Assembly (NCBI GenBank): GCA_965205975.1
Contig: OZ242195.1
Coordinates: 2,272,001 to 2,336,000 of the forward strand
DNA from: Candidatus Latescibacterota bacterium
GTDB lineage: Bacteria > Latescibacterota > UBA2968
Reading direction: 5' to 3'
DNA length: 64,000 nt
Positions 48,612 to 58,275 of this stretch are shown in pieces (positions within the stretch are counted from its first letter, which is position 1; every line of letters begins with the position of its first letter). Position numbers and translations under genes: made by a program. The notes below the pieces were generated by a model. That model made no database searches. It was given only the letters and a program-made list of their open reading frames with translations, and had not been told where the DNA came from.

Positions 48612-49193
48612 ATGGAGTACGCAGAAGAGCGGGATCTGGTGCGTCGCACGTTAAATGGCGATGCCGGGGCCTTCAACAGCCTTTATAAACGCCATCACGC
48701 CCGGATTCTCGCCACACTGATTGGGCGAACCAGAAATCGACACGATGCTGAAGATTTGATGCAAGTGACTTTCCTGCGCGCCTATCGCGGCTTGTCTGGA
48801 TTCCGCGGGGAGGCCGCATTCTCAACATGGCTAATGCAGATTGCCCTGAACGTGTGTACCACGCACATGCGATCCAAACAAGCCCGCAGATCCTGGCAAC
48901 AAACTATTGAAGATACACAACTCGGTTATCGAGATACGTGGGAGCCAGCCAGTACAGAGCGCCCCGACGATGCGTTGTCTCGAAAAGAATGCCGCGAAAT
49001 GCTCGAAGAAAGCATAGAAGAACTGCCACAGCGATATCGCCATGCCGTGCGATTGCGCTATGTAAAGGATCGATCTTATGCAGAAATTGCCAGAGAACTC
49101 GGCGTGCCAATGGGCACCCTGAAAACCTGGCTTCATCGCGCGCGACACCAGTTGCAAGAATCTCTTAACGACACGGAACTTGCGGCAATGTAA
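48612..49193 (+). CDS. ECF RNA polymerase sigma factor (sigma24/SigW-like)
   Basis: AF..LY.RH, DAEDL.Q.TFLRAY, FSTWL..IA.N and SYAEIA..LGVP.GT.KT.L.RAR. Confidence 0.93.
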   Translation: MEYAEERDLVRRTLNGDAGAFNSLYKRHHARILATLIGRTRNRHDAEDLMQVTFLRAYRGLSGFRGEAAFSTWLMQIALNVCTTHMRSKQARRSWQQTIEDTQLGYRDTWEPASTERPDDALSRKECREMLEESIEELPQRYRHAVRLRYVKDRSYAEIARELGVPMGTLKTWLHRARHQLQESLNDTELAAM

Positions 49194-49258
49194 AACGTCT
49201 TACAAGGTGTTATCGCAATAGCTGTCAAATTTTAATAATCAAAGGAGAAATTCATTTT

Positions 49259-49471
49259 ATGCACTGCGACATTTGCGGGCGTGAAAACGCGCACATCCAC
49301 AAAATCGACCGCATGTATGGCAAGGGGAAACACACCGTCACCATTCGCAATATTCCCCTTGCGATATGTTCGACCTGTGATGAACGCTATTTTGCGCCTC
49401 GCATACACGACAACGCCGAGCAACTGAGTCCAGCACTTCAAAAACACTCAGAATCGACCTGTCTTGTATAA
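49259..49471 (+). CDS. YgiT-type zinc finger protein (MqsA N-terminal-like)
   Basis: MHCDICG...I.NIP..ICSTC.ERYF. SD AAGGAG. Confidence 0.75.
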   Translation: MHCDICGRENAHIHKIDRMYGKGKHTVTIRNIPLAICSTCDERYFAPRIHDNAEQLSPALQKHSESTCLV

Positions 49472-49483
49472 ACAAACAGCTTT

Positions 49484-49520
49484 AAAAAAAGCCGCCGGTA
49501 CATCCATCGGCGGCTTTTTT
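49484..49520. terminator. bidirectional intrinsic terminator
   Basis: A7-GCCGCCG-loop-CGGCGGC-T6. Confidence 0.85.
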
Positions 49521-49559
49521 GTGTTCATTTTCGGACACTACTGTATCAAAATCGGACAC
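49521..49559 (+). promoter_or_regulatory. putative enhancer (bEBP) binding sites
   Basis: Two TGT-N-TCGGACAC imperfect palindromes 21 nt apart, about 170-200 nt upstream of the sigma54 site. Confidence 0.45.
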
Positions 49560-49720
49560 TTGCCCATGTAATTAAATTTTGATGAGGCCAGTTATTTTTT
49601 ATTTTACGCCAGTATTTAAAAGTTCTTTCAAAAATTAAACGATTTATTTTCAGCAGGTTATAAATACAAAAAGTGATTCCATCATCAAAAATGTGCCTGA
49701 ACCACCGACTTATAAAAAAG

Positions 49721-49738
49721 TTTGGCACGATTTTCGCT
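49721..49738 (+). promoter_or_regulatory. sigma54 (-24/-12) promoter
   Basis: TTTGGCACGATTTTCGCT matches TGGCAC-N5-TTGC with one mismatch. Confidence 0.65.
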
Positions 49739-49782
49739 TAAGATAATCCAAACAATCTTTCCAATTTTCAAAGGAGGTTCTC

Positions 49783-52326
49783 ATGCTCAAAAATTACCTG
49801 ACCATAGCCCTGCGAAATCTGGTGCGCTACAAAATATACACCGCGATCAATGCCTTCGGCCTGGCAACGGGCATTGCGTTTTGCCTCCTCACATTTCTCT
49901 ACGTGCGGCACGAATGGACTTATGATCAATTTCACGAAAAATCAGACCGCATTTTCCGACTCGGCATGTCTGGCGGAATGTTTGGCGGAAGAGACAATGT
50001 CAGACATGTCCGACTATCGGATCAAATTGGACCACTCATGCGAGATAACATCCCGCAATTTGCCCATGTTGTGCGAATCCATGAAGGCCCAGGCACTGTG
50101 TCTCAAGGCAACAACACCTTTGAAGTGAAATCTCTGTTCACCGACGAAGACTTTTTTCAATTATTCACGTTTCCGCTCATTCACGGCGATCCCAAAACCG
50201 CACTCGCAAACCCAAACAGTATTGTCTTAACGCAAAGTGCGGCAAAAAAATATTTCGGACAAACTGATGTTGTGGGACGAGAAATCAACATCCGCGACAA
50301 AATCTGGAACGAGGAAGAGAAAACTTTTGTCGTAGCGGGTATCGCACAGGATCCTCCTGAAAATTCCTGCATCCAATTCGATCTGATTTTTTCTCAGGCA
50401 AGCCGTCCTCCTTCGAAAAATAAAGTAACGTCATTTATCATGACACCAGACGGCAAAACCGAACGCAAAGAAATTGCCCCGCCCGTCTTTTCGAAGGGAA
50501 GAAATGTTACCTATATACAGCTAATTGACAACATACAATTGACAGACATGGCTCCTGTCCTGAATGCATTTGTTGAAGCAAACAAAACCCCCGCTCCTTT
50601 AAGTAGAGGCAATTCTAAACGCAGTTTTTTGGACCCGGATGTGAACCTGCACCTGCAGCCCATTGCGGATATCCATTTTGATCGCGAAATAACAAATGGA
50701 CTTTCAGCGCCGAGTAACCCCGCCTATTCCTACATCCTCGCGGGCATTGCCCTCTCCGTATTGCTGGTGGCGTGCATCAATTTTACGAACCTCGCCATTG
50801 CGCGATCTGCAACCCGAGCGCGAGAGGTAGGAGTACGCAAAGTGGTCGGGGCGATGCGTTTTCAACTGATGAAACAATTTTGGGGCGAATCTCTGCTGCT
50901 CACGGGTGTGGGAATGTTACTGGGGCTTGCACTAACAGAGTTTTTTCTCTCGACCTTCAATGCTTTAACACAGGTAAATTTAACACTGAATTATCAACCT
51001 TCCCTATCTGGCTTACTCTTTGGCATGGTGCTCTTATTGGTTATCAGTCTGGTATCGGGCATCTATCCGGCACTCGTACTATCGGGTTTTGACCCCATTG
51101 CCGTTTTGAAGAACCGATTCAATATCGGCGGCAGGTCCTGGTCCGGTCGCATGTTGATCGTTGGTCAGTTCGTCGTTGCGATTTTATTTTTAATTGCCAC
51201 CCTTGTCATGTCTCGGCAGCTAACATTTTTAAAAGAAAAGAATCTGGGCTTAAATGAGTCGCAGGTCGTGTTGATAACCCCGCGCTACTCGTCACCAGAC
51301 CGTCAAGAACGCCATCGGATACTGCAACTCTTCAAGCAAGAACTCAAACGGCACCCTCAGATCGTAAACGTGACGCAATCGCGTTTGTTCTCCCACCTGG
51401 AAGCAGACTCAGACACCCGCAAAAGCAATATTACATTTCCCAATGGAGAAATCGTGGAAAAAGCAGAAATTTCCGTGGATTACGACTTCTTTGACACATT
51501 GGGTATCAATCTACTGGCGGGACGCAACTTTTCGCCAGATTTTGGCACAGATGCAACACAGGCCGTTCTGGTCAATAAAACATTTGTCGAACGCGCGCAA
51601 TTGGAACAACCCCTGAACGCGACCTTGCCCATGACAAAAATGAGGGCTTCTTTTGCGACGGGAGACAGCTTACCAAAAGTTCAACAAATAAAAGATCCCA
51701 AAATTATCGGTGTCGTTGATGATTTTCATCTACGGTCACTGCATCATGCCCTGCCCCCTCTGGTGATATTTTTAGACGCCTTTAGCTTAAGCAGCGATTT
51801 CCTTGTACGCATTCGCCCAGAACGCATACCTGAAACGCTCGCCTTTATGGCTGAAAAATGGCAGTCTATTGCGGGCGATTCACGGTTTGATTACGTCTTC
51901 CTCGACGAAAATTTTGATCGCCTCTACCGCGAGGAAGAACGCTGGGGCACCATCGTCCAATACGCCTCCTTCTTCGCGCTCTTTGTCGCATGCCTCGGGG
52001 TCCTGGGCCTCACATCTCTCGCCATTACCCGACGCACCAAAGAAATCGGCATCCGCAAAGTACTCGGCGCATCGAACCATCACATCGTCGCCTTATTGTC
52101 CAGAGAATTTGTGGTGCTTATTCTCATCGCCAACCTGATCGCCTGGCCCATCGCCCATTACGGCGTCGAGCACTGGTTGCGAGATTTTGCCTATCGCATT
52201 GATGCGGGTATGGGCCTCTTTCTGCTCGGCGGATTGCTCGTCTTTTTAACAGCCCTGCTCACCATTGGCGTTCAAGCCCTCAAAGCCGCACAGCGCAATC
52301 CCGTCCACGCCCTGCGATATGAGTAA
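49783..52326 (+). CDS. ABC transporter permease (duplicated MacB/FtsX type)
   Basis: MLKNYLTIALRNL, HLQPI.DIH, IACINF.NL, REVGVRKV.GA, RTKEIGIRKVLGAS and NPV.ALRYE. Confidence 0.93.
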   Translation: MLKNYLTIALRNLVRYKIYTAINAFGLATGIAFCLLTFLYVRHEWTYDQFHEKSDRIFRLGMSGGMFGGRDNVRHVRLSDQIGPLMRDNIPQFAHVVRIHEGPGTVSQGNNTFEVKSLFTDEDFFQLFTFPLIHGDPKTALANPNSIVLTQSAAKKYFGQTDVVGREINIRDKIWNEEEKTFVVAGIAQDPPENSCIQFDLIFSQASRPPSKNKVTSFIMTPDGKTERKEIAPPVFSKGRNVTYIQLIDNIQLTDMAPVLNAFVEANKTPAPLSRGNSKRSFLDPDVNLHLQPIADIHFDREITNGLSAPSNPAYSYILAGIALSVLLVACINFTNLAIARSATRAREVGVRKVVGAMRFQLMKQFWGESLLLTGVGMLLGLALTEFFLSTFNALTQVNLTLNYQPSLSGLLFGMVLLLVISLVSGIYPALVLSGFDPIAVLKNRFNIGGRSWSGRMLIVGQFVVAILFLIATLVMSRQLTFLKEKNLGLNESQVVLITPRYSSPDRQERHRILQLFKQELKRHPQIVNVTQSRLFSHLEADSDTRKSNITFPNGEIVEKAEISVDYDFFDTLGINLLAGRNFSPDFGTDATQAVLVNKTFVERAQLEQPLNATLPMTKMRASFATGDSLPKVQQIKDPKIIGVVDDFHLRSLHHALPPLVIFLDAFSLSSDFLVRIRPERIPETLAFMAEKWQSIAGDSRFDYVFLDENFDRLYREEERWGTIVQYASFFALFVACLGVLGLTSLAITRRTKEIGIRKVLGASNHHIVALLSREFVVLILIANLIAWPIAHYGVEHWLRDFAYRIDAGMGLFLLGGLLVFLTALLTIGVQALKAAQRNPVHALRYE

Positions 52327-52412
52327 GAGCGATTTTCCCATTTGACAGAACGGGATAAATCGTGAATATTTGAACAAGAGAAAACAGAAATATTGTTGAT
52401 CAGGAGACTCAA

Positions 52413-52712
52413 ATGGCTCGCATAGATATTCCCCGAATCGCGTATCCCCATATCGAACGGAATCCAGATATCCTCTCAGGCGAACCCATTATACGAGGAA
52501 CACGCATTGGCGTACGGCACATCGCAGAATGGGACCGCCGTGGATACAGTGTGGATGAAATTATCGCACAATACCCTCACTTGACCCATGCACAGGTTCA
52601 AGATGCCCTATCTTATGCTTTTGATCACAAGTCTGAAATTGATCAACTCATTCGGGCAAATACAAAAGATGCTGTCCGATCAAAATATCAAGATAGTGCA
52701 TGGATGCCATAA
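52413..52712 (+). CDS. DUF433 family antitoxin-like protein
   Basis: I.RNP.ILSGEP.IRGTRI.V, G.S.DEI...YP.LT..QV.DAL.Y. Confidence 0.9.
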   Translation: MARIDIPRIAYPHIERNPDILSGEPIIRGTRIGVRHIAEWDRRGYSVDEIIAQYPHLTHAQVQDALSYAFDHKSEIDQLIRANTKDAVRSKYQDSAWMP

Positions 52713-53053
52713 AGTTATATTTAGATGAAGATATTTTTCGAATATTAGCACCAGTGTTGAGAAGTCGCGGTTATGATGTCCTCAGTGTCTATGATGTTGA
52801 AATGACAGGCAAAACAGACCGTGAGCAACTTGAGTGGGCTGCTGCTCAGGATCGCGTGATAGTTAGTTTTAATGTGCGCCACTATGCCGATTTAGCAGAA
52901 ACATTTTACAATGGAGGCAAAACACATGCAGGTATTCTTGTCTCTCCTCAGATTAGCTTTTCCGATCTGTTGCGATTAATTTTGAATGTCCTATCAAAAA
53001 GCAAACCTGAAGATTTGAGGAATACATTTCAATGGTTACAAGGTTGGCGTTAA
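52700..53053 (+). CDS. DUF5615 PIN-like toxin
   Basis: KLYLDED, LR.RGYDV, D.EQL..A...DRVIVSFN...Y and HAGI. Overlaps the DUF433 gene. Confidence 0.88.
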   Translation: MDAIKLYLDEDIFRILAPVLRSRGYDVLSVYDVEMTGKTDREQLEWAAAQDRVIVSFNVRHYADLAETFYNGGKTHAGILVSPQISFSDLLRLILNVLSKSKPEDLRNTFQWLQGWR

Positions 53054-53114
53054 ACCATTGATTTTATTTTTTTAGAAAAGTTTAATTGTTTTCCATTAAA
53101 CTGTAAAATTTCCC

Positions 53115-53143
53115 TTGACACCTGTTCTTTTGTTTAGTATTTT
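53115..53143 (+). promoter_or_regulatory. sigma70-type promoter with degenerate LexA-like box in the spacer
   Basis: TTGACA-17 nt-TATTTT. Spacer CCT-GTTC-TTTT-GTTT-AG. Confidence 0.5.
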
Positions 53144-53187
53144 TGTGCATAGAACGTTGAGACATAATCCTTCGACAGGAGGTAATC

Positions 53188-53511
53188 ATGGCAAGCATTG
53201 AGGTTCAGACCGAGCAGGGAACGGTGTACAACTGCGATAGCAGTTCAATTAGTGAAATTCTATTGTCCGATTTGAGTCGGGATTTGCTCAAAGTTGCCGA
53301 TCGCATTCAGGCCGAGATGCCACATGTACCTTTTGATGCCATTCGTCCCGAAGCCCTGGCGCGCGTCGAAGCCGCCGAGCAAGCTGTCGATACTCTGGCA
53401 CAAGATTTGTGCAAGGGGCAAGGAGAACTCACTGAGTGGCACGGTGCCCTGACGGCTTACGAATCGGCCTGGTTTCAGGTTATAGAGTCTTTAGGCGTCC
53501 GCAATAATTAA
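53188..53511 (+). CDS. hypothetical helical protein
   Basis: 107 aa with strong SD AGGAGGT. No recognised motif. Confidence 0.75.
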   Translation: MASIEVQTEQGTVYNCDSSSISEILLSDLSRDLLKVADRIQAEMPHVPFDAIRPEALARVEAAEQAVDTLAQDLCKGQGELTEWHGALTAYESAWFQVIESLGVRNN

Positions 53512-53592
53512 ATCACATATACTCACGTTTATTTTCGGCAATAAATAACCCGTCGTATTGCCGATTTCCACGAAAGCAAAGGAGAGATAGCA

Positions 53593-54330
53593 ATGTCCCA
53601 GCGAGATATGAAAACGAATAACTCAAATATGAAGGCGACAGCAACCCAACCCATCGACCATATCAAAACTCAGATTGCAGAATCCGAAGGTTTTCCCACC
53701 GAGAAAATCGATGAGTTTGTGATATTCATCCAGAACGATCCCTACATCACGTCTGCGGGGTTGCAGTACAAAATGTTGCAAACCTATAAGGCTGGCAAAT
53801 TCGCTGTGCAGGCTGTAATGCCTACCAAAGAAGAATACGCTTTATTGCGGCAAATGATGGGATTAAAAGATGAGGAACCGCTGGTGGTAATGCGCGGTGA
53901 AGTGTGGGTTGATGGGCTTGCGCGGCCTTTTGTCGATTACGGCACTACAACACCTAAAAATCTCAAAGGATTTGTGCGGTTTTCAGATTATCCACTCGAA
54001 ATGGCGACGCGACGCGCCACCAATCGGGCGATGCGTTTGGCTACTGCGACGGGAATGTGTTCTGTCGATGAGCTACAGGTAGCCACAGACGCCGCACAGA
54101 CCAACGGCGATGTTGAAGCGATGCACAACGGTTCATCTGCTACGCAAAGTCAAATTGATCTGATTAAAAATCTGGGGCGCAGTCCACGGCTAACCGAGCG
54201 AGAACGCGAGCGATTGAAAACCCAGATTGAAGGTGGATTGGACAAGCGTCAAGCATCGGAATTGATCCAAAAAATAAAAGCGAGGTTAGACGCCCGGCGC
54301 AAAGCCGATGCACAACCTATCGCGGCTTGA
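53593..54330 (+). CDS. putative single-strand annealing protein (Rad52/Sak/Red-beta superfamily-like)
   Basis: IQ..PYIT.AGL, YG...P.N and EMA.RRA.NRA.RLA...GMCS.DEL core. C-terminal AT..Q...I..L...L.K..AS.LI motif seen in phage SSAP tails. Confidence 0.6.
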   Translation: MSQRDMKTNNSNMKATATQPIDHIKTQIAESEGFPTEKIDEFVIFIQNDPYITSAGLQYKMLQTYKAGKFAVQAVMPTKEEYALLRQMMGLKDEEPLVVMRGEVWVDGLARPFVDYGTTTPKNLKGFVRFSDYPLEMATRRATNRAMRLATATGMCSVDELQVATDAAQTNGDVEAMHNGSSATQSQIDLIKNLGRSPRLTERERERLKTQIEGGLDKRQASELIQKIKARLDARRKADAQPIAA

Positions 54331-54401
54331 TTTTGAGCCGGTTGTCGCGCGCATTCTTTCGTCAGGGGAGAGGGGAAGGATTTAGCGTACAACCGGCACT
54401 T

Positions 54402-54447
54402 AACAAAAAAGCGGGAGCTCTTTGAGAGCCCCGCTTTTTTGTTTTTT
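54402..54447. terminator. bidirectional intrinsic terminator
   Basis: AACAAAAAAGCGGG...CCCGCTTTTTTGTT. Confidence 0.85.
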
Positions 54448-54539
54448 CGGTGAATAGTGCCCTCTTGTGCTTTCGTTTCCTTTTGTGTATCATGGGGCAA
54501 TTGGCAGACGATCAAAAATGCGATAAAAGGTATATTGTT

Positions 54540-56897
54540 ATGAAATCAATAATACTGGGAATTTTGTGCATTGCGCTAACGGCAACAGATGGCCTGGCAA
54601 AAGATGCTTCGCCAGAAGCCATTGCCGCGGCAGAGAGAGCATATCGTGAAGGGATGAAACACTTTGAGGCAGAAAATCTGGACGCGGCACTTGTATCGTT
54701 TCAATCTGCGATTGCCCAGAACGAAAAGTACGCACCCGCCTATGTAGGCCTGGGTCATGTCTATTTGAAACAGGGCGATTTGGCCGAAGCGGAAAAGGCG
54801 TTTAAGACCGCAGTCTCAAAAAACAAAAAATACGCGCCGGCTTACAATGGATTGGGCCTGGTCTATAGCCGCAAAAAGAACGAACTGCGTCGGGCAATTG
54901 CGTATTTTCGGGATGCAAATCGAGCAGATAAAAAATACTCGGAAGCGCAATATAACCTGGCGCAAACCCTGGAAAATTACGGCAGCAGTGAGACTCTCAA
55001 AGCCTATCGCAATGTCTTAAAGATCGATCCCAAACACCCCAATGCAAACTATCGCATAGGGATATTGCTCGATAAAGATGGAGAACGCGAAAAAGCCGTG
55101 CAAGCGTATCGCGATCAGCTACAAGCAAAACCGGATCACCGCGGGGCGCGCTTGAATCTGGGCATTGATCTGAAATTGCTCGGGCAATTACAAGAGGCAC
55201 TTCAGCACCTGCTCAAAGTTGCAACCGTTGCCAGCGATTTTCAACGCCGCGCCGTATTGGAATTGGCGCAGGTATTTCAAAGGGCAAGGGCATTTGAACA
55301 ATCAGCGCGATTATTTGAATCATATATCAAACAGTTATCCGAAAAAGAACAAGAAACGTATTGCGATCTGAATCTCGTCGCATCGGGTCCCATTCTCAAG
55401 GAATACAACGATGCCGAGACACTTCCAGCAAAAAAACGCGTTTTTAGAACATTCTGGTCGCGCTTAGACCCGGCTCCCGTCACCGAAGCCAATGAACGGT
55501 TATTGGAACACTATCGCCGCGTTGCGTACGCGCGTGAATTTTTTGGGACACTTCGATTTCCCTGGGACGCGCGCGGCGAAGCCTATATTCGCTATGGCCC
55601 GCCCGATCATGTGAGCAATTCGGGCAATATTCAATTGGAGCGGACAAAAAAATTGGTTGACGTAAAAGAGCGGCTCATTCAAAAAGCCGGACCAGCGGTA
55701 GATCGATTGCTCAGAGCGCGGGCCGACGCGGTCGCATCGAGCATGGTGGGTATGCGCGGACAATTGCAGCGCACAGGGGACCGAAGTCCCGGCGCGCGCG
55801 GCGACCGACAGCAAGTAACCAGTGGAACGATTTTGGGCTGGCCGGTATATCCGGTAGATGGGATATGGGAATACTGGATCTATGCCGATGTTGGCGATGG
55901 TATAGAAGTCGTATTTGAACAGCGCGTAAACCAGGGAGCATGGGATTATGCCGATATACCGCTCGGCAGAGGGCGGATTGCGAGAATATGGCAGGACATG
56001 CATCCAGAAATTGTCTTGAAGGGAATTGCAGCTATTACACCAATGACATATCGCCCCGACTTTGCGACTGGTGCGTTGGATTTTTATCTCGCCTCATCGG
56101 CTTTCCGAGGACAAGATGGTCTAACCACGCTCGAAATTTATTACGGTATTCCAACCCCGCAATTGCACTTTGTGGCCGGGCAAGATGGCGCGAGGATCGC
56201 ACAATTAGACCGCGGCATTGTCGTTTACAATCAGGCGGGCGATCCCATCTATCGCACGAGCCAGGAAATGCTACTGGCCGCGTCGGGTGAGGCTACTCAG
56301 GCACCTGGCGCATATATGCCTGAAATGGACCGCTTATTTTTAACACCGGGCAATTATCGCATTTCCGTGCAAGTTTTGGATCGTCGTTCGAGAAAATCAC
56401 AGGTATATCACATCAACCGCGTCGTACCCGAATACGATATAGACGACGAGTTAAAAATCAGCGATGTGGAACTCGCCGCCACCATTGATATAGCCGACAA
56501 GAGCCGGTTCCAAAAGGGCGATATCGAAGTGATTCCCATAGCCTCAAAAACTTATTTGCCCGCGCAGCCCGTATTTATCTATTTCGAAATTTACAACTTA
56601 AAACGCAATGCCTTCGGCCAGACCAAATACCGCGTATCTTATGTCGTGCGATCGCGCGACCAAAAAACCATCGGCGCGCGAATTTTAGGCGGCGTAGGCA
56701 AAATGCTCGGACAAAAGAGCGAGCAGGGCGTTGTCTCAATCGAATACGAGCAGGTGGGAACAGAGACACAAGAACCGGGATATCTCGAATTGGATATGTC
56801 GCGCTCTGAACCGGGCGAAAAAATCGTAGAAATCGCGGTTGTGGATGAAACAACAGGCCAGACAGCAACCGCGACAGCGACATTTGTCACTCAATAG
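54540..56897 (+). CDS. secreted TPR + GWxTD-domain protein
   Basis: Signal peptide, several TPRs, FW...DP.P.T..NE.L.EHYRR..YA and WD.RG..YIRYGPPD. Confidence 0.85.
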   Translation: MKSIILGILCIALTATDGLAKDASPEAIAAAERAYREGMKHFEAENLDAALVSFQSAIAQNEKYAPAYVGLGHVYLKQGDLAEAEKAFKTAVSKNKKYAPAYNGLGLVYSRKKNELRRAIAYFRDANRADKKYSEAQYNLAQTLENYGSSETLKAYRNVLKIDPKHPNANYRIGILLDKDGEREKAVQAYRDQLQAKPDHRGARLNLGIDLKLLGQLQEALQHLLKVATVASDFQRRAVLELAQVFQRARAFEQSARLFESYIKQLSEKEQETYCDLNLVASGPILKEYNDAETLPAKKRVFRTFWSRLDPAPVTEANERLLEHYRRVAYAREFFGTLRFPWDARGEAYIRYGPPDHVSNSGNIQLERTKKLVDVKERLIQKAGPAVDRLLRARADAVASSMVGMRGQLQRTGDRSPGARGDRQQVTSGTILGWPVYPVDGIWEYWIYADVGDGIEVVFEQRVNQGAWDYADIPLGRGRIARIWQDMHPEIVLKGIAAITPMTYRPDFATGALDFYLASSAFRGQDGLTTLEIYYGIPTPQLHFVAGQDGARIAQLDRGIVVYNQAGDPIYRTSQEMLLAASGEATQAPGAYMPEMDRLFLTPGNYRISVQVLDRRSRKSQVYHINRVVPEYDIDDELKISDVELAATIDIADKSRFQKGDIEVIPIASKTYLPAQPVFIYFEIYNLKRNAFGQTKYRVSYVVRSRDQKTIGARILGGVGKMLGQKSEQGVVSIEYEQVGTETQEPGYLELDMSRSEPGEKIVEIAVVDETTGQTATATATFVTQ

Positions 56898-56913
56898 GAC
56901 AGGAGCAAATTCA

Positions 56914-58257
56914 ATGCGTATTTTCAATGTTGAAACCATGCGCACACACGCGCGTGAGATTTTTGATACCGCAGTCAAAGCAGTTGATGCCGAACAGTGC
57001 GTGCGGCAATTTGTATCGCTGGATGGCAATATTTTGCGCGTGGGCGATCAAAATTATGATTTAAGTGTTTACCACCGCATCCTGGTCATGGGCACGGGCA
57101 AAGCCTCACCGCAAATGGGCGTAGCTCTGGAAGACATATTGGGTGATCGCATCTCCGGTGGATCTATGAATACAAAATACGACCATGCATTGCCCTTAAA
57201 ACATATCGACACAGTGGAATGCGGCCATCCCGTACCCGACGAATCGGGAGTTGAAGGCGTCGGACGCATGGTTCATTTGCTGGAAGAGGCGGATGAAAAC
57301 ACGCTGGTGATCTGTTTGATCTCCGGGGGTGGCTCGGCACTTGCACCCGCACCTGCTGATGGATTGACGCTTGCAGACAAGCAAGAGACGACGAGCCTAT
57401 TGTTGGCTTGTGGTGCAAATATTGTAGAACTCAATGCCATCCGCAAACATCTATCGCGCCTAAAAGGTGGGGGGTTAGCGCGTGCGGCGTTTCCCGCAAC
57501 AGTTATCGCACTAATGTTGTCAGATGTGATTGGCGATCCCATGGATGTCATCGCATCTGGCCCCACAGTGCCGGATACCGCGACATTTAAAACGTGTATG
57601 GATATTCTGGACAAATACGAATTGGTCGATAAAATACCCGAAAGCGTTCGACTGCGACTAAAAGCCGGTTTGGCCGGGGATATTGAAGATACGCCCAAGC
57701 CCGGCGATGCAGCACTCTCCAAAGTCCAGAATCTCGTGGTCGGCAGCAATGGTCTGGCCGTAGCTGCGGCGAATAACAAAGCAATGGAATTGGGATATAA
57801 TACGCTGGTATTATCCACGCGCATTGAGGGCGAAGCGAGAGAAGTCGCTTATGTGTATGCGGGTATTGCCAAAGAAATTGTGACATCTGAACAACCCATT
57901 GCTGCACCGGCCTGCGTGATTGCCGGCGGAGAAACAACCGTGCTGGTGCGCGGAGACGGCAAGGGCGGGCGCAATCAAGAAATTCCGCTATCGGGCGCAA
58001 TTCAGTTGGCCGGGTGGAACAATGTCGTACTGTTTAGTGGAGGTACCGATGGCACAGATGGCCCAACCGATGCCGCGGGCGCCGTAGCCGATGGACAAAC
58101 CATAGCGCGAGCAGAGACACTGGGACTTTCCGCGATCGCACATCTTAAAAACAATGATTCCTACCACTTTTTTAAACCACTGGACGACCTGATCATCACG
58201 GGAGCAACCGGAACCAATGTGGCAGATGTCGCGCTGGTAATGGTCGGAAATGCATAA
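56914..58257 (+). CDS. glycerate 2-kinase (class II, DUF4147/MOFRL)
   Basis: GKAS, GHPVPD, LISGGGSAL, RKHLSRLKGG, SDVIGD, GGETTV, GGRNQE, TDGTDG and TGTNV.D. Confidence 0.93.
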   Translation: MRIFNVETMRTHAREIFDTAVKAVDAEQCVRQFVSLDGNILRVGDQNYDLSVYHRILVMGTGKASPQMGVALEDILGDRISGGSMNTKYDHALPLKHIDTVECGHPVPDESGVEGVGRMVHLLEEADENTLVICLISGGGSALAPAPADGLTLADKQETTSLLLACGANIVELNAIRKHLSRLKGGGLARAAFPATVIALMLSDVIGDPMDVIASGPTVPDTATFKTCMDILDKYELVDKIPESVRLRLKAGLAGDIEDTPKPGDAALSKVQNLVVGSNGLAVAAANNKAMELGYNTLVLSTRIEGEAREVAYVYAGIAKEIVTSEQPIAAPACVIAGGETTVLVRGDGKGGRNQEIPLSGAIQLAGWNNVVLFSGGTDGTDGPTDAAGAVADGQTIARAETLGLSAIAHLKNNDSYHFFKPLDDLIITGATGTNVADVALVMVGNA

Positions 58258-58275
58258 CTTCGAAAAATATGTCTC

